This document shows, piece by piece, positions 1 to 9,748 of a stretch of 64,000 nt of DNA. Origin of the DNA: an uncultured Bacteroidia bacterium (GTDB lineage: Bacteria > Bacteroidota > Bacteroidia > Bacteroidales > UBA932); NCBI GenBank assembly GCA_902803715.1, contig CADCRA010000141.1, positions 2,132-66,131 of the forward strand. Reading direction: 5' to 3'. The notes below the pieces were generated by a model. It did no database searches and had not been told where the DNA came from. It saw only the letters and a list, made by a program, of their open reading frames with translations. The first letter of the stretch is position 1. Each line of letters begins with the position of its first letter. Both the position numbers and the translations under genes were made by a program.

Positions 1-356
1 GCGATGCCGGCGGGGCCGGCGCCGACGATGGCGACTTTCTTTCCGGTACGCTCCTGCGGGACGTCCACGTGGGCGCGGAGCAGGTATTCCATGGAAATCT
101 CCTGTTCGATTTCATACCACTTGACCGGCATCTTCTTGGCATTCAGCACGCAATGGCCGTAGCAGAACTTCGCCCAGTCGCAGACCTGGCAGGTGATGGC
201 GGAGAAAGGATTATTGTCAAACAGCATCCGGGCAGCCTCTTCCGGCTGTCCTTCCCTGTACAACTTCATGGCGGCAGGAACGTCCGTATGGACCGGGCAG
301 GCCTCGGAGCAGCGGGCTTTCTTGCACAGAAGGCATCTTTGAGCTTCTGGATTCAT
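1..356 (-). CDS. GltD/PreT-like FAD/NAD(P)-dependent Fe-S oxidoreductase (5' part; runs off the window)
   Basis: Not in the ORF track. Hand translation from ATG at 356 gives MNPEAQRCLLCKKARCSEACPVH...NPFSAITCQVC...FCYGHC...KKVAIVGAGPAGIA: CxxCxxxxCxxxCP Fe-S motif plus GxGxxG. Confidence 0.85.
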   Translation of the reverse strand, partial: MNPEAQRCLLCKKARCSEACPVHTDVPAAMKLYREGQPEEAARMLFDNNPFSAITCQVCDWAKFCYGHCVLNAKKMPVKWYEIEQEISMEYLLRAHVDVPQERTGKKVAIVGAGPAGI

Positions 357-410
357 AGTTTTGTTTTCAGTATGGTGTCGTTAATTACGGGTTGGTTTCA
401 TTCCAGTCGG

Positions 411-448
411 CAAAGATAAGAAAGTTCTAAAAAAAATCCTTATCTTTG
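411..448. promoter_or_regulatory. Back-to-back Bacteroidetes sigma-A -7 elements (TATCTTTG on each strand)
   Basis: caaagataag (411-420) and cttatctttg (439-448) form a perfect inverted repeat between divergent genes; matches TAnnTTTG. Confidence 0.7.
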
Positions 449-468
449 ATTGCTTATAAAACGGATTT

Positions 469-2220
469 ATGTTCAAGACTCTTTTACGGCAGGTGAGGCA
501 GTACAAATGGGCAGCCCTGCTTACCCCGGTCTGGACGACGGCCGAAGTGGTCATGGGTATTCTGATCCCCTATGTGACGGCCTCCATCATCGACAAGGGA
601 ATCAATGCCGGCAATATCGGCAATGTCTATAAATACGGTGCCCTGATGCTCGTTCTGGCTTGTTTCAGCCTCCTGTTCGGCATCCTGGCCGCCCGTTTCG
701 CCGCCTATTCCAGTACCGGATTGGCTGCGAACCTGCGGGAGGCGATGTACCGGAACATCCAGCGGTTCTCCTTCTCCGACATCGACAAGTTCAGCACGGC
801 CGGCCTGGTCACACGCATGACCACGGATGTCAGCAACATCCAGAGTGCCTTCCAGATGCTCCTGCGCACCTCGTTCCGCGCTCCGCTGAACATGGTGTCG
901 GCCCTGTTCATGTGCTTTTTCATCAACGGGAAACTGAGCATCATCTTCCTGGTCGCCATGCTTGTCCTTTCCGTTTTCCTGACCGTCCTGATCTCCCGGG
1001 CCGCCAAACTGTTCAAGGAGATTTTCAAGCGGTATGACGACCTGAACGGAGTCGTCCAGGAAAATGTCAGCGCCATCCGCGTCGTCAAGGCCTTCGTCCG
1101 CGAGAACCATGAAATCAGCAAGTTCGACAAAGCGGCGCTTTCGCTGTACACGCTGAATGTCAAGGCGGAAGGCCTGATGGCCCTGAACCACCCGGTCATG
1201 AACCTGGTCGTCAATGCCAGCATCATCGCCCTGAGCTGGTGGGGCGCCCATTTCATCGTCGGCGGCACCCTGACCACCGGTCAGCTGACCTCGCTGTTCA
1301 GTTATATCACGACGATCCTCGGCGCGCTGATGATGCTTTCCATGATCATTGTCCAGCTGACCCAGAGCGCGGCCAGCGGCACCCGCATCGCGGAAGTGAT
1401 CAACGAGCAGCCGGACATGGACAATCCCGGGGATCCTGTCATGCAGGTGGCCGACGGCGCGGTCGATTTCGACCATGTCTATTTCTCTTATAAGAAAGGC
1501 GGCGACTATGCCCTCGAGGACATCGACCTGCACATCCGGGCGGGGGAGACCATCGGCATCATCGGCGGTACCGGCAGCGGAAAATCCTCGCTGGGCAACC
1601 TGGTTTCCCGGCTGTACGACGTGTCGGAGGGAAGCGTGCGTGTCGGCGGGGTCGATGTCCGCCGGTATGACATGCAGGTGCTCCGCGGCGAAGTCGTCAT
1701 GGTCCTGCAGAAAAGCACCCTCTTCTCGGGGACGATCCTGGAAAACCTCCGCTGGGGGAAGCCGGACGCGACCCTGGAGGAATGCCGGGAAGCATGCCGG
1801 CAGGCTTGTGCCGACGAGTTCGTCCAGGGATTCCCGGACGGCTATGAAACCCGGATCGACCAGGGGGGAACGAATGTTTCCGGCGGCCAGCGGCAGCGCC
1901 TCTGCATCGCCCGTGCCCTGCTCAAGCATCCGAAAGTCCTGATCCTGGACGATTCCACTTCGGCCGTCGATACGGCGACCGACGCCCGCATCCGGGAAGC
2001 GTTCATGCAGCGCATTCCGGGCACGACGAAGATCATCATCTCGCAGCGCATCCTGAGCATCCGGGATGCAGACCGGATCATCGTCATGGACAACGGCCGG
2101 GTCAACGGCTTTGACACCCATGACAACCTGCTGCGGTTCAATGAGATATACAGAGACATCTACGATATGCAGACCTCCGGCGGAGAAGGCGACTTCGATG
2201 CCAATGCTTTGAAGAATTAG
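469..2220 (+). CDS. ABC exporter, TMD+NBD, subunit with degenerate catalytic residues
   Basis: TM region, Walker A GGTGSGKS, signature VSGGQ, Walker B ILDD (D for E), ISQR (Q for H). Confidence 0.93.
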   Translation: MFKTLLRQVRQYKWAALLTPVWTTAEVVMGILIPYVTASIIDKGINAGNIGNVYKYGALMLVLACFSLLFGILAARFAAYSSTGLAANLREAMYRNIQRFSFSDIDKFSTAGLVTRMTTDVSNIQSAFQMLLRTSFRAPLNMVSALFMCFFINGKLSIIFLVAMLVLSVFLTVLISRAAKLFKEIFKRYDDLNGVVQENVSAIRVVKAFVRENHEISKFDKAALSLYTLNVKAEGLMALNHPVMNLVVNASIIALSWWGAHFIVGGTLTTGQLTSLFSYITTILGALMMLSMIIVQLTQSAASGTRIAEVINEQPDMDNPGDPVMQVADGAVDFDHVYFSYKKGGDYALEDIDLHIRAGETIGIIGGTGSGKSSLGNLVSRLYDVSEGSVRVGGVDVRRYDMQVLRGEVVMVLQKSTLFSGTILENLRWGKPDATLEECREACRQACADEFVQGFPDGYETRIDQGGTNVSGGQRQRLCIARALLKHPKVLILDDSTSAVDTATDARIREAFMQRIPGTTKIIISQRILSIRDADRIIVMDNGRVNGFDTHDNLLRFNEIYRDIYDMQTSGGEGDFDANALKN

Positions 2221-2222
2221 CC

Positions 2223-4187
2223 ATGCCACCAGGATTTGGACCCATGCGCGGCGGGGACCGGGGCCCCCGCGGAGGCGCAACCCTCAAGGACCTCAGGAAC
2301 ATCGGAACGGTCCGGCGTCTGTTCGCGTTCATTTTCGCGAACTACAAGATTTCCCTGATCGTGGTGCTTGTCTGCATCGTGATCTCTTCGCTGACCTCGC
2401 TGGCTTCCTCGCTTTTTACCCGGACGCTGATCGACGATTACATCCTTCCGATGCTCTCTTCGCAGGCGGCTTCCGACCTGCTGGGCGACGCCGGCGTCGG
2501 ACCGGATTACCGGCCCCTGGCCGTGGCCCTCTTCAAGTTGGCCGGCATCCTGCTGGCCGGCATCGCGGCGGGCTATGCCTATAACGTCATCATGATCTTC
2601 GTCGGACAGGGAACCATGCGGAAACTCCGCGAACAGGTTTTCCGGCATATGGAGACCTTGCCGCTGCGGTTTTTTGACAACCACTCCCACGGCGATGTCA
2701 TGTCCGTCTATACCAATGACATCGATACGCTGCGCCAGGTCATCGGCAGCAGCGTTCCGCGCCTGTTCCAGTCCCTGATCACGATTGCAGCCACCTTCGT
2801 CAGCATGCTCGTCCTGAGCCTGCCGCTGACCCTCGTCTCCATCGTCGTCGCCTTCGCGATGTTCAAGGTGACGCGGACCATGGGGAACCTGTCCCGCAAG
2901 TATTTCACGGAACGGCAGAAAAACCTCGGTATCGTCAACGGATTCATCGAGGAAATGGTTTCCGGCCAGAAGGTCGTCAAGGTCTATTGCCACGAGCAGC
3001 AGGCCATGGAGGAATTCTCCGTCATCAACGAACGGCTCCGCAAGAGCGTCTACAACGCCAACCGGATCGGCAACATCATCATGCCGGTCAACCACAACCT
3101 CGCCGAGTTCGGCTATGTCCTGCTGGCGATCGTCGGCGCGCTCATCGCGCTGGGCGGCTGGCAGGGCTGGTGGCTTTGCGGCTTGGACGGGGCGGCCCTG
3201 ACGCTGGGTACCATCGTGTCCTTCCTGACCCTGCAGCGGAATTTCACCCGGCCGGTGTCGCAGATCTCCAACGAGATCAACAGCATCGTCATGGCCTCGG
3301 CCGGTACGGACCGTGTCTATGCGCTGTTGGACGAAGCCTCCGAACCGGATGCCGGCAAGGTTTCGCTCGTCAATGTCGACGCCCGGATGCAGGAAGTCCC
3401 GGAGCGGACCGGCCGGTGGGCCTGGAAGCGTCCGGACGGCAGCCTCCGTCCCTTGGAAGGACTGGTTTCGCTGGATACGGTGGATTTCAGTTATGTCCCT
3501 GAGAAACAGGTGCTTTTCGATATCTCACTGACGGCATATCCCGGCCAGAAGATCGCATTCGTCGGCGGTACCGGTGCCGGCAAGACGACCATTACCAACC
3601 TGATCAACCGTTTCTATGAGATCCAGGACGGCACGATCACCTATGACGGGTTCAATGTCTCCGACATCGAAAAGGATTCCCTGCGCCGAAGTCTCGGTAT
3701 CGTCCTGCAGGAGACGCAGTTGTTCAGCGGGACAGTGCTGGAGAACATCCGGTACGGGCGCCTGGATGCGACGGACGAAGAATGCCGTGCCGCCGCCCGC
3801 CTGGTCTACGCCGATGCCTTCATCCGGCGTCTTCCGAACGGCTATGATACGGTCCTGTCTGCGGATGGCGGCAACCTGAGCCAGGGTGAGCGCCAGCTGC
3901 TGGCCATCGCGCGTGCCGCCGTGGCCAATCCACCGGTCCTGATCCTGGACGAAGCGACTTCCTCGATCGATACGCGTACGGAGAAACTGATCCAGGCGGG
4001 CATGGACAGCCTGATGAAAGGGCGGACGACCTTCGTGATCGCCCACCGGCTGTCGACCGTCCAGAATGCCGACTATATCATGGTCCTGGAAAAAGGCCGC
4101 ATCATCGAACGCGGCAAGCACTGGGAACTCCTGGAGCAGAAAGGCAAATACTACGAACTCTACACCGGCAACCAGATCTCTGCCTAG
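2223..4187 (+). CDS. ABC exporter, TMD+NBD, subunit with consensus catalytic residues (TM287/288-like heterodimer)
   Basis: GGTGAGKT, LSQGE, ILDEATS, IAHRL; starts 2 bp after partner. Confidence 0.93.
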   Translation: MPPGFGPMRGGDRGPRGGATLKDLRNIGTVRRLFAFIFANYKISLIVVLVCIVISSLTSLASSLFTRTLIDDYILPMLSSQAASDLLGDAGVGPDYRPLAVALFKLAGILLAGIAAGYAYNVIMIFVGQGTMRKLREQVFRHMETLPLRFFDNHSHGDVMSVYTNDIDTLRQVIGSSVPRLFQSLITIAATFVSMLVLSLPLTLVSIVVAFAMFKVTRTMGNLSRKYFTERQKNLGIVNGFIEEMVSGQKVVKVYCHEQQAMEEFSVINERLRKSVYNANRIGNIIMPVNHNLAEFGYVLLAIVGALIALGGWQGWWLCGLDGAALTLGTIVSFLTLQRNFTRPVSQISNEINSIVMASAGTDRVYALLDEASEPDAGKVSLVNVDARMQEVPERTGRWAWKRPDGSLRPLEGLVSLDTVDFSYVPEKQVLFDISLTAYPGQKIAFVGGTGAGKTTITNLINRFYEIQDGTITYDGFNVSDIEKDSLRRSLGIVLQETQLFSGTVLENIRYGRLDATDEECRAAARLVYADAFIRRLPNGYDTVLSADGGNLSQGERQLLAIARAAVANPPVLILDEATSSIDTRTEKLIQAGMDSLMKGRTTFVIAHRLSTVQNADYIMVLEKGRIIERGKHWELLEQKGKYYELYTGNQISA

Positions 4188-4194
4188 CGGGCTG

Positions 4195-4947
4195 CTACTG
4201 TTCGTCCGGCGTGTCGTCCCACGGGGAGGAATCCCGGTAGATCTTGTAGCGGTCGTTGTTTGTCGTCGCCTCGTCCTGGATGCGGCGGCGGGTGGACTTG
4301 AACAGGCGGAAGCAGAAATAGAGCAGGCCGATGGTGATGATACCGGACAGGTACTCGTTGACGCCGCTCCAGAAGGCGAGGGTGTCATAGACGCCGTGCA
4401 GGAGCACCGGCACCACGATGATGTTCGCTTTCGTCCCGGCCGGTGCGGCCGATCCGTAGAAATGGTTCATCGAATAGTAATAGCCCATGGCGACGGCGAA
4501 GGCGAAATGGCCAGGGACGGCCAGCAGGGCGCGGCTGATGCTGACCTGGAACCAGGCGGCGCCGGAAGAAAGGACATACATCAGATTCTCCAGCGATGCG
4601 AAACCCAGACCGACGGCGACGGCATAGACGATGCCGTCGTACCGTTCGTCAAATTCCTTGCAGTTTCTCAGCAGGAGCCAGAGCATCAGCAGCTTGGCAC
4701 ATTCCTCCGGAATGGCGGCTCCCAGGAAGGAAACCTTGATGCAATCCATCAGGCCGGACGGGTTGTTGGTAAACAGGCCCAGATTCATCAGCGGCCCTGA
4801 AATCAGGGTGGAGATGAAGGTCGCGATGGCGCCGTAGATGAAGCCTTTGATGACGAGATTGGCTGGTTCCGGCTGGATGTCCTTGTGGTAGACATACCAC
4901 ATCAGGACCAGGGCGGGCATGAGTGCTGCGAGGAAAATGATCAACAT
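4195..4947 (-). CDS. PrsW-family intramembrane metalloprotease
   Basis: EExxK (PEECAK), GFASLEN, PGH, LHGVYD; start taken at MLIIF. Confidence 0.88.
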   Translation of the reverse strand: MLIIFLAALMPALVLMWYVYHKDIQPEPANLVIKGFIYGAIATFISTLISGPLMNLGLFTNNPSGLMDCIKVSFLGAAIPEECAKLLMLWLLLRNCKEFDERYDGIVYAVAVGLGFASLENLMYVLSSGAAWFQVSISRALLAVPGHFAFAVAMGYYYSMNHFYGSAAPAGTKANIIVVPVLLHGVYDTLAFWSGVNEYLSGIITIGLLYFCFRLFKSTRRRIQDEATTNNDRYKIYRDSSPWDDTPDEQ

Positions 4948-5050
4948 GGATATGCGGTTGTTTCCTGCAAAGATAGCGTTTTCGCGGAAAAATTCATAAA
5001 TTGCAGTCGTTTCCCGATGACCGGGAACGACCCTAAACCGAAACGGATCC

Positions 5051-5743
5051 ATGATTGACAGCATCAAAGTAGTGGCTTTCGACGCCGACGATACCTTGTG
5101 GGAGAATGAACCGCTGTTCCGGGAAGCGGAACGGACCTGGGCCGGAATCCTGAAGGATTACGGGACCCTGGAAGAACTGTCCGCCAGGCTGTTCGAAGTG
5201 GAGAAAGCCAATATGGAAGACTATGGATTCGGGGCCAAAGCCTTCACGCTGAGCCTGATCGAGACCGCCTTGAAGGTGACGGGCGGCAACCTGACCGCGG
5301 CCCAGACGGCCGGGATCCTCGCCGCCGGACGCAGCATCCTGCACAATCCGGCGAAGCCGCTTCCCGGCGTCGCCGAAACCCTGGCCGCCCTTCGGGAGCA
5401 TTATCCGCTCGTCCTGCTGACGAAAGGGGACCTGCTGGACCAGGAACACAAGATCGAACGTTCCGGCCTGGCACCTTATTTCTCCCGGATTTTCGTCGTA
5501 TCCAACAAGTCGGACCGGGAATACCGCCGGCTGCTGCATGATCTCTCCGTCGCTCCCGACGCCTTCCTGATGGTCGGCAATTCGTTCAAGTCCGATATCC
5601 GGCCGGTCCTGGAGATGGGCGGCTGGGGCATCCATATCCCGTTCCATGTCCTGTGGGAACTGGAACGGACGGAAGAATATGACCATGAACGGCTTTTCCG
5701 CGTTTCCCGTTTCTCCGACATTGCCCGTTGCCTGCTTCCTTAA
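5051..5743 (+). CDS. HAD-superfamily hydrolase
   Basis: FDADDTLW, LTKGD, MVGNSFKSD. Confidence 0.9.
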   Translation: MIDSIKVVAFDADDTLWENEPLFREAERTWAGILKDYGTLEELSARLFEVEKANMEDYGFGAKAFTLSLIETALKVTGGNLTAAQTAGILAAGRSILHNPAKPLPGVAETLAALREHYPLVLLTKGDLLDQEHKIERSGLAPYFSRIFVVSNKSDREYRRLLHDLSVAPDAFLMVGNSFKSDIRPVLEMGGWGIHIPFHVLWELERTEEYDHERLFRVSRFSDIARCLLP

Positions 5744-5756
5744 TCGACCCTGAACC

Positions 5757-7118
5757 ATGAAAAGAATCCTTTGCTCGCTGCTTTGCGCCGTCTGCGCCGT
5801 GACGGCTCTCTCCGCCCAAGACAGTTCCGTCCATGCTTTTTCGGACGGTTATCAGTGGCCTGACGATCCCGCGGTGCTGGAAAAACTCGACCGGTGGCAG
5901 GACCTGAAATTCGGCGTCCTGATTCACTGGGGCCTGTACAGCGTCCCCGGCATCGTCGAGTCCTGGAACCTGTGCAACGAAGACTGGATCGTCCGTCCGG
6001 AGGGATCGACCTATGAAGGCTACAAGCAATGGTACTGGGGACTCTCCGAGGAGTTCAACCCCGTGGATTTCAATCCGGAGCAGTGGGCGTCCGTTTTCCG
6101 CGACGCCGGCATGAAATACATGATCTTCACGACGAAACACCACGACGGGTTCTGTCTTTTCGACTCGCAGTATACGGATTTCTCCATCGCGAAGGGCCCC
6201 TTTGCCTCCCATCCCCGGCGGGATGCCGCCCGGTATGTCTTCGATGCCTTCCGGGCCGAAGATTTCATGATCGGAGCCTATTTCTCGAAGCCGGACTGGC
6301 ATTGTGAGTATTTCTGGAATCCGTATTACGCCACGCCTGGCCGCGGGATCAACTACAAGGTCAGCCAGCATCCGGACTGGTGGGAGAAATACGTGACGTA
6401 CACCCGCAACCAGTTGGGAGAGATCACCGGCGGACGCTATGGCCGGCTGGACATCCTCTGGCTGGACGGCGGCTGGATTTCCGGGGACCAGATCGGGCTG
6501 GACGACATCCTGAAAGAGGCCCGCAAGGTCAGCCCCGGCCTGATTTCCGTGGACCGGACCATCCAGGGACCCAATGAGAACTACCAGACGCCGGAGCAGC
6601 AGGTCCCGGACCGGCAGATCGCCCATCCTTGGGAGACCTGCCTGAGCCTCGGCAATGACTGGGGCTGGACGCCGGACCCGCACTACAAGAGCGCCCGCCG
6701 CATCATCGGCACGCTGGCGGAAATCGTCGCCAAGGGCGGCAGCCTGGTCCTGGGCGTCGGCCCGACGGGGCAGGGAATCATCGAAGACAAGGCCGTTGTC
6801 ATCCTGCAGGAAATCGGGGAATGGCTCCGGCGCAACGGGGAAGCCATTTACAATACCCGGATCACGGAGCATTATCACGACGGCAATCTCTGGTTCAGCG
6901 CCTCCAAGGACGGGAAGACCCTCTATGCCGTCTATGCCCTCCAGGATGGGGAGACCCTGCCGGAAGAACTGACCTGGGAAGGGAACCTCCCGTCCGGGGA
7001 GGTAACGGTCCTGAACAATGGCAAGCGGGTCCGCGCTGTACAAAAAAACGGCAAGGTGACACTCACCTTGCCGAAAGGATTGAAAAATGAGCCGGTAGCG
7101 CTCAGGATCAGTCTTTGA
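5757..7118 (+). CDS. alpha-L-fucosidase (GH29)
   Basis: Signal peptide, KFGVLIHWG, TTKHHDGF, WLDGG, WETC, WLRRNGEAIY. Confidence 0.92.
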   Translation: MKRILCSLLCAVCAVTALSAQDSSVHAFSDGYQWPDDPAVLEKLDRWQDLKFGVLIHWGLYSVPGIVESWNLCNEDWIVRPEGSTYEGYKQWYWGLSEEFNPVDFNPEQWASVFRDAGMKYMIFTTKHHDGFCLFDSQYTDFSIAKGPFASHPRRDAARYVFDAFRAEDFMIGAYFSKPDWHCEYFWNPYYATPGRGINYKVSQHPDWWEKYVTYTRNQLGEITGGRYGRLDILWLDGGWISGDQIGLDDILKEARKVSPGLISVDRTIQGPNENYQTPEQQVPDRQIAHPWETCLSLGNDWGWTPDPHYKSARRIIGTLAEIVAKGGSLVLGVGPTGQGIIEDKAVVILQEIGEWLRRNGEAIYNTRITEHYHDGNLWFSASKDGKTLYAVYALQDGETLPEELTWEGNLPSGEVTVLNNGKRVRAVQKNGKVTLTLPKGLKNEPVALRISL

Positions 7119-7476
7119 TCGCTTTCTGCCAGGCTTCGAACAATTCCGCTTCTTTCTCGTGCTTCTGCCCGTCGGCCGCGATGACACGCTGGACGAACTG
7201 AGTCAGGGTCGCACGAACCAGCATCCTTTCCAGACCGTTGAATTCGTTCAGCAGGGAATCCGTGTCCGCCTCGATTTCATCCAGGGTCAACGGACGCTGG
7301 AGCAGGCCTTCCAGGCTGTCTTTCACCTCGTCGACGGGGCCGATGGCGGCCAGTTTGTCGATGAAGGATTCAATGAACTGTTTTTCAGCCACGTTGTAGT
7401 TGCCGTCCGCCTTGGCGAAGAAGAGGCCGGTTTTGGCCGCAAGCATGATGACTTTGGAGATTGCTTCTGTTCCCAT
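7108..7476 (-). CDS. TerB-like helical protein
   Basis: Two ADG-x5-E motifs (AKADGNYNVAE, AADGQKHEKE) in 122 aa. Confidence 0.65.
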   Translation of the reverse strand: MGTEAISKVIMLAAKTGLFFAKADGNYNVAEKQFIESFIDKLAAIGPVDEVKDSLEGLLQRPLTLDEIEADTDSLLNEFNGLERMLVRATLTQFVQRVIAADGQKHEKEAELFEAWQKAIKD

Positions 7477-7483
7477 GATTCTA

Positions 7484-8017
7484 CTATTTTAAAGATCCTG
7501 ATGCCATTCCGAGTACGTTGATGACGCTTTTGGCGATGTCGCTGATACCGCCGCCCTTGGACGAACCGCCCAGCATGCCGCCCAGGATGCTGCCCAGGTC
7601 GATGCCGCCTTTCTGAGTGGTCTGTTTCTGCTGGCCGCCGAGAACGCTGCCGAGGACGTCGCCGATGTCGATGCCGCCCTTCTGAGTGGTCTGCTTCTGC
7701 TGGCCGCCAAGGACGCTGCCGAGGACGTCGCCGATGTCGATGCCGCCCTTCTGAGTGGTCTGCTTCTGCTGGCCGCCGAGGACGCTGCCGAGGACGTCAC
7801 CGATGTCGATGCCGCCCTTCTGGGTCTGGGTAGTCTGCTGCTGGCCTTTGAGGACACTGCCGAGGATGTCGGTGATATCGACGCCCTGGCTCTGTTTCTT
7901 GGCAACCTGGCCGCCGACGGACTTGATGATGTCGTTCAGGTCGAGGCCGCCGAGGTTCCCGCTTTTCACGCCGCCGGAAGCGGCAGATTTGAGAATGCTT
8001 TCAAGTAAGCTTGCCAT
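7484..8017 (-). CDS. Gly/Gln-rich tandem-repeat protein of unknown function
   Basis: AT-rich start context; 7 bp upstream of the TerB-like gene; 3 identical 23-aa units plus degenerate flanking units. Confidence 0.8.
   Translation of the reverse strand: MASLLESILKSAASGGVKSGNLGGLDLNDIIKSVGGQVAKKQSQGVDITDILGSVLKGQQQTTQTQKGGIDIGDVLGSVLGGQQKQTTQKGGIDIGDVLGSVLGGQQKQTTQKGGIDIGDVLGSVLGGQQKQTTQKGGIDLGSILGGMLGGSSKGGGISDIAKSVINVLGMASGSLK
7610..7816 (-). repeat. 3 x 69-bp coding tandem repeat (GGIDIGDVLGSVLGGQQKQTTQK)
   Basis: Read directly; units differ only at synonymous positions. Confidence 0.95.
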
Positions 8018-8023
8018 AATGTT

Positions 8024-9481
8024 TTATGTTTGATTGGTTTGTGTATCCTTACGTATCAGCAGGCACAGTCCTGCAAAAGTAATGCCCGCATTGATCAGCA
8101 GCAGCTCATAACTGAATTTGTATCCGCCGAACCACCGTTCGGAGTTCAGCTGGAGGACCAGGCAGATCAGCGGAGCGGCGACCGCCACGAGCGGGACCCA
8201 TTTGTCACGCACCGTCCGTCGGGTCGCGATGCCGAAAGCGAACAGGCCCAGGATCGGGCCGTAGGTGTAACTGGCGAGTTTGTATACGGCGTCGATGGCG
8301 CTGGTGTTGTTGAGGGTCGAGAAGATGAGGATGGTCAGGCCCATGCCCACGGTCATGCCGAAATGGACCCGTTTGCGGTTGCGGCGGACCTGCGCTTCGT
8401 CTTTTCCAGCCGTACCGAGGATGTCGACCGTGAAGGAGGTCGTCAGGGAGGTCAGGGCCGAACCGCCGGCACCGAAGGCGCTGGCTACCAGGCCGATGAT
8501 GAACAGGATGCCGACGATCGCCGGCAGTCCGGCGTGGGTGGCGACGGCCGGAAAGAGTTTGTCCCCGGTCTCCGGAATTCCGTTGGCGGCGGCATACCGG
8601 TACAGCAGGACGCCGAGACAAAGGAAGAGGAATATGACGGCGTTCTGCAGCAAGGTACTGACAACCAGGTTCTTCTGGCTGTCTTTCGGATTCTTGCAGC
8701 AGAGGGTGTGCTGCATCATGTCCTGGTCCAGTCCCGTCATGGCGATGACGGTGAACAGGCCGCCGAGCATCTGTTTCCAAAAATATTGCGGATGGTTGAC
8801 GTCGTCAAACCAGAAGATCCGGGACATGCCGCTGTCCCGGATGGAGGCGACCATCCCTTTGGCATCCAGCCCCAGATTCCGGGCGATGAAGATAAGCGTC
8901 AGGACGACGGCCGTGATCATGCAGCCGGTCCGGAGCACGTCCGTCCATACGAGGGAGTTGACACCGCCCCGGAAGGTATAGGCCAGGACGATGAGCATGC
9001 AGACGGCTACGTTCAGCGCGAAGGGGAGTCCCAGCGGTCCGAACACCAGCAGTTGCAGGGTCAGGCAGACCAGGTAGAGCCGGACGGAGGCGCCGAGCAT
9101 CTTCGAGAGGAAGAAGAACCAGGCTCCCGTCTTGTAGGTCGTCATGCCATACCGGCGGTCCAGGTACTGGTAGATCGAATAGACGTTGAGCCGGAAATAC
9201 AGCGGGATGAGGACGAAGGCGATGACCAGGTATCCCAGGAAGAAACCGATGCACATCTGCAGGTAGCCCATGCCGCTGGTTCCGACCATGCCCGGTACGG
9301 ATACGAACGTGACTCCGGACATGCAGGATCCGATCATGGCGAAGGCGACGACCCACCAGCTGGTTTTCCGCTTCCCGCGGAAGAACGCGCTGTTGTCGCC
9401 GCCCCGTGCCGCGAGGCGCGAGACAACCAGCATGGCCGTGAAGTAGGCGAGGATGGTCAGAATGATGGATAGGGGGGTCAT
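8024..9481 (-). CDS. Sodium:solute symporter (SSS family)
   Basis: Many TM helices, SGVTFVSVPG, VWTD, GLDQDMMQ; start taken at MTPLS. Confidence 0.9.
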   Translation of the reverse strand: MTPLSIILTILAYFTAMLVVSRLAARGGDNSAFFRGKRKTSWWVVAFAMIGSCMSGVTFVSVPGMVGTSGMGYLQMCIGFFLGYLVIAFVLIPLYFRLNVYSIYQYLDRRYGMTTYKTGAWFFFLSKMLGASVRLYLVCLTLQLLVFGPLGLPFALNVAVCMLIVLAYTFRGGVNSLVWTDVLRTGCMITAVVLTLIFIARNLGLDAKGMVASIRDSGMSRIFWFDDVNHPQYFWKQMLGGLFTVIAMTGLDQDMMQHTLCCKNPKDSQKNLVVSTLLQNAVIFLFLCLGVLLYRYAAANGIPETGDKLFPAVATHAGLPAIVGILFIIGLVASAFGAGGSALTSLTTSFTVDILGTAGKDEAQVRRNRKRVHFGMTVGMGLTILIFSTLNNTSAIDAVYKLASYTYGPILGLFAFGIATRRTVRDKWVPLVAVAAPLICLVLQLNSERWFGGYKFSYELLLINAGITFAGLCLLIRKDTQTNQT

Positions 9482-9630
9482 CCGTTCGTTTTTGTTGTCC
9501 AAATTTATCATTTTCTTTCCAATTTCGCAAAAGATGCCCGGAAACAGTGCTGCAGGCCTTTCTCCTTGCGATGTTGACAACCCTGTGGAAAACTTTCCTG
9601 CGGGGTATTGCTTTCCCGCAGTTTCGTGCT

Positions 9631-9638
9631 TAATTTTG
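9631..9638 (+). promoter_or_regulatory. -7 promoter element for nrdDG
   Basis: TAATTTTG matches TAnnTTTG, about 110 nt upstream of the ATG. Confidence 0.6.
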
Positions 9639-9748
9639 TATGGAAAAGTGGCGGATTGTCTTTGGGCAGTCCGTGATTCTTCACCCCTTGCTGCAACGGC
9701 AAGCGTGGGGATGCTTAGTATAAATATTTGAGTATTAAAAAGTTAGAT

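Noticed and set aside
69-419. Plus-strand 116-aa ORF
   Set aside because: Antisense to the Fe-S oxidoreductase at 1-356 (-)
469-2220. Inactive ABC ATPase (LDD, SQR)
   Set aside because: Normal degenerate site of heterodimeric exporters
7610-7816. Possible CRISPR array
   Set aside because: Contiguous 69-bp in-frame units with no unique spacers and no cas genes
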